A stretch of 64,000 bases of DNA. It comes from Dendrobates tinctorius. Its lineage: Eukaryota. A program made the translations under genes and the position numbers. Every line of letters starts with the position of its first letter. The first letter of the stretch is position 1. Below, one piece after another: positions 62,327 to 64,000 of this stretch. The notes beneath the pieces were generated by a model. The model saw nothing but the letters and a program-made list of their open reading frames with translations, made no database searches and had not been told where the DNA came from. The stretch spans positions 57,970,001-58,034,000 of the forward strand of contig NW_027361743.1 of the NCBI RefSeq assembly GCF_039654945.1, in the 5' to 3' direction.

Positions 62327-63224
62327 CTTAAAGGGATCATTGGTATGGAAGTCAGGGCAAATACATCCAGCGCTTTGGTTTTGACCCCAGGCCTCTCTTA
62401 AAGGGATCCCCAGAACAGAAGTGAGGGCAAATCTACTCTGCGCTCTGGTACTGACCCCAGGACTCAAAGTGATCTCCGGTATGAAAGTTAGAGCAAATCC
62501 CTCAGCGCTCCGATTCTGACCCCAGGCCTCACTTAAAGGGATCCCAGGTATGGTAGTGAGGGAAATTCAACTCGGCGTTCTGTTTCTGACCCCAGGCTCT
62601 CTTAAAGGGATCCTCAGTATGGAAGTCAGGGCAATTGCCTTCAAATGCTCTGATACTGACCCCAGGCCTCTATTAAATGGATCATTGGTATGGAAGTCAA
62701 GGCAAATCCATCCAGCGCTTTGGTTTTGACCCCAGACGTCTCTTAAAGGGATCCCCGGTATGGAAGTTAGGACCTTTCCACTCAGCGCTGTGGTTCTGAC
62801 CCCTGGGCCTCTTAAAGGGATCATTGGTATGGGAGTTAGGGCAATTACACTCAGCGCTCTGGGTCTGACCCCAGGCTTCTCTTAAAGGGATCCCTGGTAT
62901 GGCAGTGAGGGCATATCCACTCTCCGCTCTGATTCTGACCCCAGGCCCCTCTTAAAGGGATCTCCAGTATGGAAGTGAGGGCAAATCCACTCTGCGCTTT
63001 AGTACTGACCCCAGGCCTCTCTTAAAGGGATCTCCGGTATGGAAGTTAGGGTAAATCCCTCAGCGCTCTGATTCTCACCCCAGGCTTCTATTAAAGGGAT
63101 TATTGGTATGGAAGTCAGGGCAAATCCACTCAGCGCTCTGGTTCTGATGCCAGGCCTCTCTTAAAGGGATCCCCGATATGGAAGTTAGGGCCATTCCACT
63201 AAGCGCTCTGGTTCTGACCCCAGG
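62327..63224 (+). repeat. 70-bp minisatellite, about 13 copies
   Basis: Unit CTTAAAGGGATCCCCGGTATGGAAGTTAGGGCAAATCCACTCAGCGCTCTGGTTCTGACCCCAGGCCTCT. Confidence 0.92.
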
Positions 63225-63620
63225 CTGATGGGATGATGTGGAATATTAGGGGTAGTAGTCTGGTGGCTCTGGCTGATGGGATGATGTGGGATATTAGGGG
63301 TAGTAGTCCGGTATTTCTGGCTGACGGGATGATTTGGGATATTAGTGGAAGTTGTCCAGTGGCTATGTCTGACGGGATGATGTGGGATATTAGGGGTAGT
63401 AGTCCGGCGGCTGTGACGGGATGATGTGGGATACTAGTGGAAGTTGTCCAGTGGCTCTGGCTGACGGGATGATGTGGGATATTAGGGGTAGTGGTCCGGT
63501 GGCTTTGAAGGGATGATGTGGGATATTAGTAGTTTGGTGGCTCTGGCTGATGGGATGATGTGGGATATTTGGGCTAGTTGTCCTGTAGCTATGGCTGGTG
63601 GGATTGTGTGGCATATTATA
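63223..63620 (+). repeat. 48-bp minisatellite, about 8 copies
   Basis: Unit GGCTGATGGGATGATGTGGGATATTAGGGGTAGTAGTCCGGTGGCTCT. Confidence 0.9.
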
Positions 63621-63822
63621 GTGAGTATGGCTATGCGGAGTGGGTAGTTTCATAACTAACCGTTAGTTCAGCTAGTTCCTACATAAACTTGCGGAGTCAA
63701 AAGTCCACCAAAATATATTTCAAAAGTTTCTTATGTTTAAAAGAAAAAAGGCATACAAGTATACATATAAAAATGTCAGTAACAAGCAGACTCTGTTATT
63801 TATGGCATGTAGATCACACATA

Positions 63823-64000
63823 CAGTGGGGCAAAAAAGTATTGTCAGTCAGCAATAGTGCAAGTTCCACCACTTAAAAAGATGAGAGGCGTCTGTAATTT
63901 ACATCATAGGTAGACCTCAACTATGGGAGACAAACTGAGAAAAAAAAAAACCCAGAAAATCACATTGTCTGGTTTTTTTTTCATTTTATTTGCATATTAT
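63823..64000. mobile_element. Left TIR of a Tc1-like element, running off the window
   Basis: ta|CAGTGGGGCAAAAAAGTATT; similar to the TIR at 14586. Confidence 0.75.

Overview
Eukaryotic genomic DNA from a vertebrate, most likely a frog judging from the repeat landscape (inference). The only host gene is KPNA3 (importin alpha-4) on the + strand. Coding exons 2-13 lie between 27428 and 61544, all GT-AG, 1068 nt in total. Exon 1 and exons 14 onward were not found in the window. The introns are crowded with nested transposons. Intron 8 (21.8 kb) is about 92% one nest: a TTAA-flanked piggyBac-like element holds a near-intact DIRS1 tyrosine-recombinase retrotransposon, whose ORF1 is split by a full-length 10.2-kb epsilon-like endogenous retrovirus. 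The provirus has nearly identical LTRs, an ATAC TSD and a tRNA-Lys1,2-like PBS. The stand-out observation is its Gag, which carries a RanBP2-type zinc finger and a complete macrodomain resembling PARP9/PARP14 macro1, placed just upstream of the PTAP late domains and capsid. This is a candidate virion-packaged ADP-ribose reader or eraser. Also present: a Penelope-like inverted remnant with a hammerhead-like core showing a compensatory A3-U8 pair, a MITE > Tc1 > DIRS nest, a hAT element with two cognate MITEs, chains of Harbinger-type MITEs, CR1 and L2 fragments, and three minisatellites. All coordinates and identities were read by eye; no searches were run.
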